DNA of 64,000 nucleotides from Candidatus Poribacteria bacterium (GTDB lineage Bacteria; Poribacteria; WGA-4E; PCPOR2b): NCBI GenBank assembly GCA_965215015.1, contig OZ244042.1, positions 5,376,001 to 5,440,000 of the forward strand, read 5' to 3'. Shown piece by piece: positions 61,706 to 64,000 of this stretch (position 1 is its first letter; each line of letters starts with the position of its first letter). The notes under the pieces were generated by a model. It saw only the letters and a program-made list of their open reading frames with translations, ran no database searches and was not told where the DNA came from. The position numbers and the translations under genes were made by a program.

Positions 61706-64000
61706 TTACAATTTTCTTTGGGTCTGCTGCGATAACGCTTTGAAATACTGCTGAATCAGTTCCCGATACTGCGGTGGCAAATTTTCCTGCTCCCCAGACC
61801 TGAGATTTGATTCAATTTGCTGTACGGTTTCTAGCAGCTTGGGGTCAAGCGGAGGTGCATCATATCCGGCAGCTGTTGGCGTTTTTGCGACCTGCCCCTT
61901 CCGTCTTTTGCTGACCTCTCGCTTCTGCAAGGATTTGGAGCTTTCAAGCAACCGCGTCAAGATTTCCCGCTGTTTGTTTAGCACCTGTTGATTCAAATTG
62001 CCCCTCTGAAGCTCGCCTTCCACCTCCCGCATCCCTTCAGAAACACCGCTGAGATCTCCAAGTACCTCCGACAGCCGTTCCATCATGTCTGCCACTCGTT
62101 CCGTAGCTTCCCGAATCATCTGCTGTTCATACGCCAACCGCTGGAGCAGCTGTTCATTGCTTGGCGTTCGTCCTTGTCTCCGCATCTGCTGGTTCAACTG
62201 CTGCGCCATTTCGTTCAGTTGCCCCTGACCTTGTGCTAGTTGCTCAAGCTGTTCCAGCATATTTTGCATCCCAGCTTCCCCCATCTGTTGGTTCATTTGG
62301 TTCATCGCTTCGAGCATATCTGCAACCGCCTGATTAAGGTCTGCCAACCCCTGCTTCTGAATCGGGACAGCGAGGTTTGGCTTCCGATCTTCCAACGCTC
62401 GGGCAGATCGTTCAAAGGCATCGGCCGCAGCATTAAGCCGCCAAACGGTTTTGGGATCGATTTGCATCTGATTTGTCCCTAATTCCCATAGCCGATTGGC
62501 AAGCAGGTTCAGCCCCGCAGCAAGCCCCAACTCGCTCGCTGCAAGTCCCTGCAACTGCTTGACTTCGCTCGGCAAATACCGCCCATGCCCAGACTGCAAA
62601 ATTTCGTCGGTTGCATCCATCGCCTCCTCATGGGTTCTTGAGAGATAGAGTCCACTCCGCACTGCCTCGCGTATTGCGGTCAAGGTCTCCTCTGCATTTC
62701 CACCCTCCATAAACTCCAGCGCATTGTCCAGTCCCTGATGCAGTTCGGTCAGCCCTTGTTGCGCTGCCTCCCCTGATTCTATTGCACGCTGCATCTGATT
62801 CGCTCGCATCTGTTGGGTAGCGGATTGGAGGTCTTGCCGAATCTGTACGTCTCGTGCGAATTGATTCAGCCGCTTAATCTCATCAGCAACCCGTTTGAGA
62901 TTCTCTAATTCCGACATCTCCTCTCCAAGTTCATCGAGTGCTTGGTGCAGGTCGTCCATCCCCTCCGCGATGCGTTCCTCTTGCTGGGCAACACCATTGA
63001 TACCTTGGTCCGTATCTTGTGTGTTGTTCTGCCTAGCATGTTCCGCAAGATTCCTCAACTGTTCCATTAACCGTTCTTGGCGTTCAGCGAGTTCCTTCGT
63101 CTGATTCACTGCAGCTTCTAGCTTCTGCTGAAGGATCATCTGTTTATAAAGATCCTTCAGTCGATCAAGCTGCTGCAGAAACCGTTCTTGGTTAAAGTTT
63201 GCTTCCATCAGTTTCTGTTCCTGCTCGGATAGCTCCTGCTGCTCTAACGCTTCAGCTAGCTTGCGTAGCAACTCCTTGTGTTCCTCCGAGAGTGCTTGAT
63301 CCATCAGCTCTTGCAACTCCTGAAATTTCTCAACCGTCTGTATGTCAAACAGTTGTTGCTTCTGCATCTGTTCGGCGGTTTGCTTCATCTCTTCGATCAG
63401 ATCCTTCACCGTTTTTTCAATCTCTTGCTGTTTTTTGAGAACCCGTTCCATCAGTTGCTTATCTTTCAGAGTCAGCTCTTGGCTCTTCCGTATCTTGTCT
63501 AGCAGCTCATCAACTATCGCGGTTTGCTCTGCCTGATCATCGTACAACGCCTCAAGCCCCTGCATCTCCGCTTGCTGTTCAAATTCGACTGCATCATAAA
63601 GCTCTGCAATGGTAGGGAAACGGATTGAATAGATATTGGATTTGCCGACGTTTGGTCCACTGACATTATCCGCATCAATCGCTTCGGCGTGGTAAGAGAT
63701 GATGTCCCCCGGATACAATCCGATTGGATCGATGTCCCAAGGAAATTCGATAAAGACTGGTGTATCCGTTGAACTCCACATTTTCAAAGGCACCACTACG
63801 TCATCGTCCGCCCCTTCAACCCGATAAACCAGCTGAATCTTTTGCACACCGTAGTCATCTTTCGCGTCGAGTTGCAGGGAAACGATCATCGAATCATCAA
63901 GCACAACATCCTTTCCCGGCGCAACAATCTCGATATGTGGTTCAGCGTCCTCAATCGCTTGAATCGTGTAAGCAATCGGTTGCGAGTTTGAAACATTATC
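61706..64000 (-). CDS. DUF4175-like Q/E-rich coiled-coil protein, 5'-partial
   Basis: 'A.DDYG', 'Y..EA.D.D.VSGPN.GKS', long Q-rich helices, C-terminal 'LPPQYRELIQQYFKAL'; the frame runs off the window. Confidence 0.75.
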   Translation of the reverse strand, partial: DNVSNSQPIAYTIQAIEDAEPHIEIVAPGKDVVLDDSMIVSLQLDAKDDYGVQKIQLVYRVEGADDDVVVPLKMWSSTDTPVFIEFPWDIDPIGLYPGDIISYHAEAIDADNVSGPNVGKSNIYSIRFPTIAELYDAVEFEQQAEMQGLEALYDDQAEQTAIVDELLDKIRKSQELTLKDKQLMERVLKKQQEIEKTVKDLIEEMKQTAEQMQKQQLFDIQTVEKFQELQELMDQALSEEHKELLRKLAEALEQQELSEQEQKLMEANFNQERFLQQLDRLKDLYKQMILQQKLEAAVNQTKELAERQERLMEQLRNLAEHARQNNTQDTDQGINGVAQQEERIAEGMDDLHQALDELGEEMSELENLKRVADEIKRLNQFARDVQIRQDLQSATQQMRANQMQRAIESGEAAQQGLTELHQGLDNALEFMEGGNAEETLTAIREAVRSGLYLSRTHEEAMDATDEILQSGHGRYLPSEVKQLQGLAASELGLAAGLNLLANRLWELGTNQMQIDPKTVWRLNAAADAFERSARALEDRKPNLAVPIQKQGLADLNQAVADMLEAMNQMNQQMGEAGMQNMLEQLEQLAQGQGQLNEMAQQLNQQMRRQGRTPSNEQLLQRLAYEQQMIREATERVADMMERLSEVLGDLSGVSEGMREVEGELQRGNLNQQVLNKQREILTRLLESSKSLQKREVSKRRKGQVAKTPTAAGYDAPPLDPKLLETVQQIESNLRSGEQENLPPQYRELIQQYFKALSQQTQRKL

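Overview
Bacterial chromosomal window with no rRNA, tRNA or CRISPR array. The gene style (PhyH dioxygenase, a giant secreted protein ending in a 'NYPNPFNPETWIPY' sorting domain, many short dispersed repeats) resembles Candidatus Poribacteria; this is inference. Housekeeping and catabolic genes: purL, purQ, hisC, aroC, mgtE, a glyA-like gene, oxidoreductases and the RNase P RNA. Most notable: (1) a minus-strand cluster at 19.2-28.4 kb with a sigma54 promoter. It has two precursors with identical signal-peptide plus double-glycine leaders and divergent cores on one 12-Cys scaffold, a signal-peptide-bearing stand-alone C39 peptidase split from a DUF1573-like part by a C8 tract, a CcdA/DsbD-like redox protein and an FGE-type lipoprotein. 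(2) A SelW/Rdx selenoprotein (CSAU plus SECIS-like hairpin) missed by the ORF track. (3) A type IIG-like restriction-modification (RM) gene followed by a 1.7-kb mosaic array holding nine copies of its own 3' end. (4) A duplicated cassette of ECF sigma, Cys/His-rich secreted peptide and membrane protein. All calls come from reading motifs by eye; no database searches were run.
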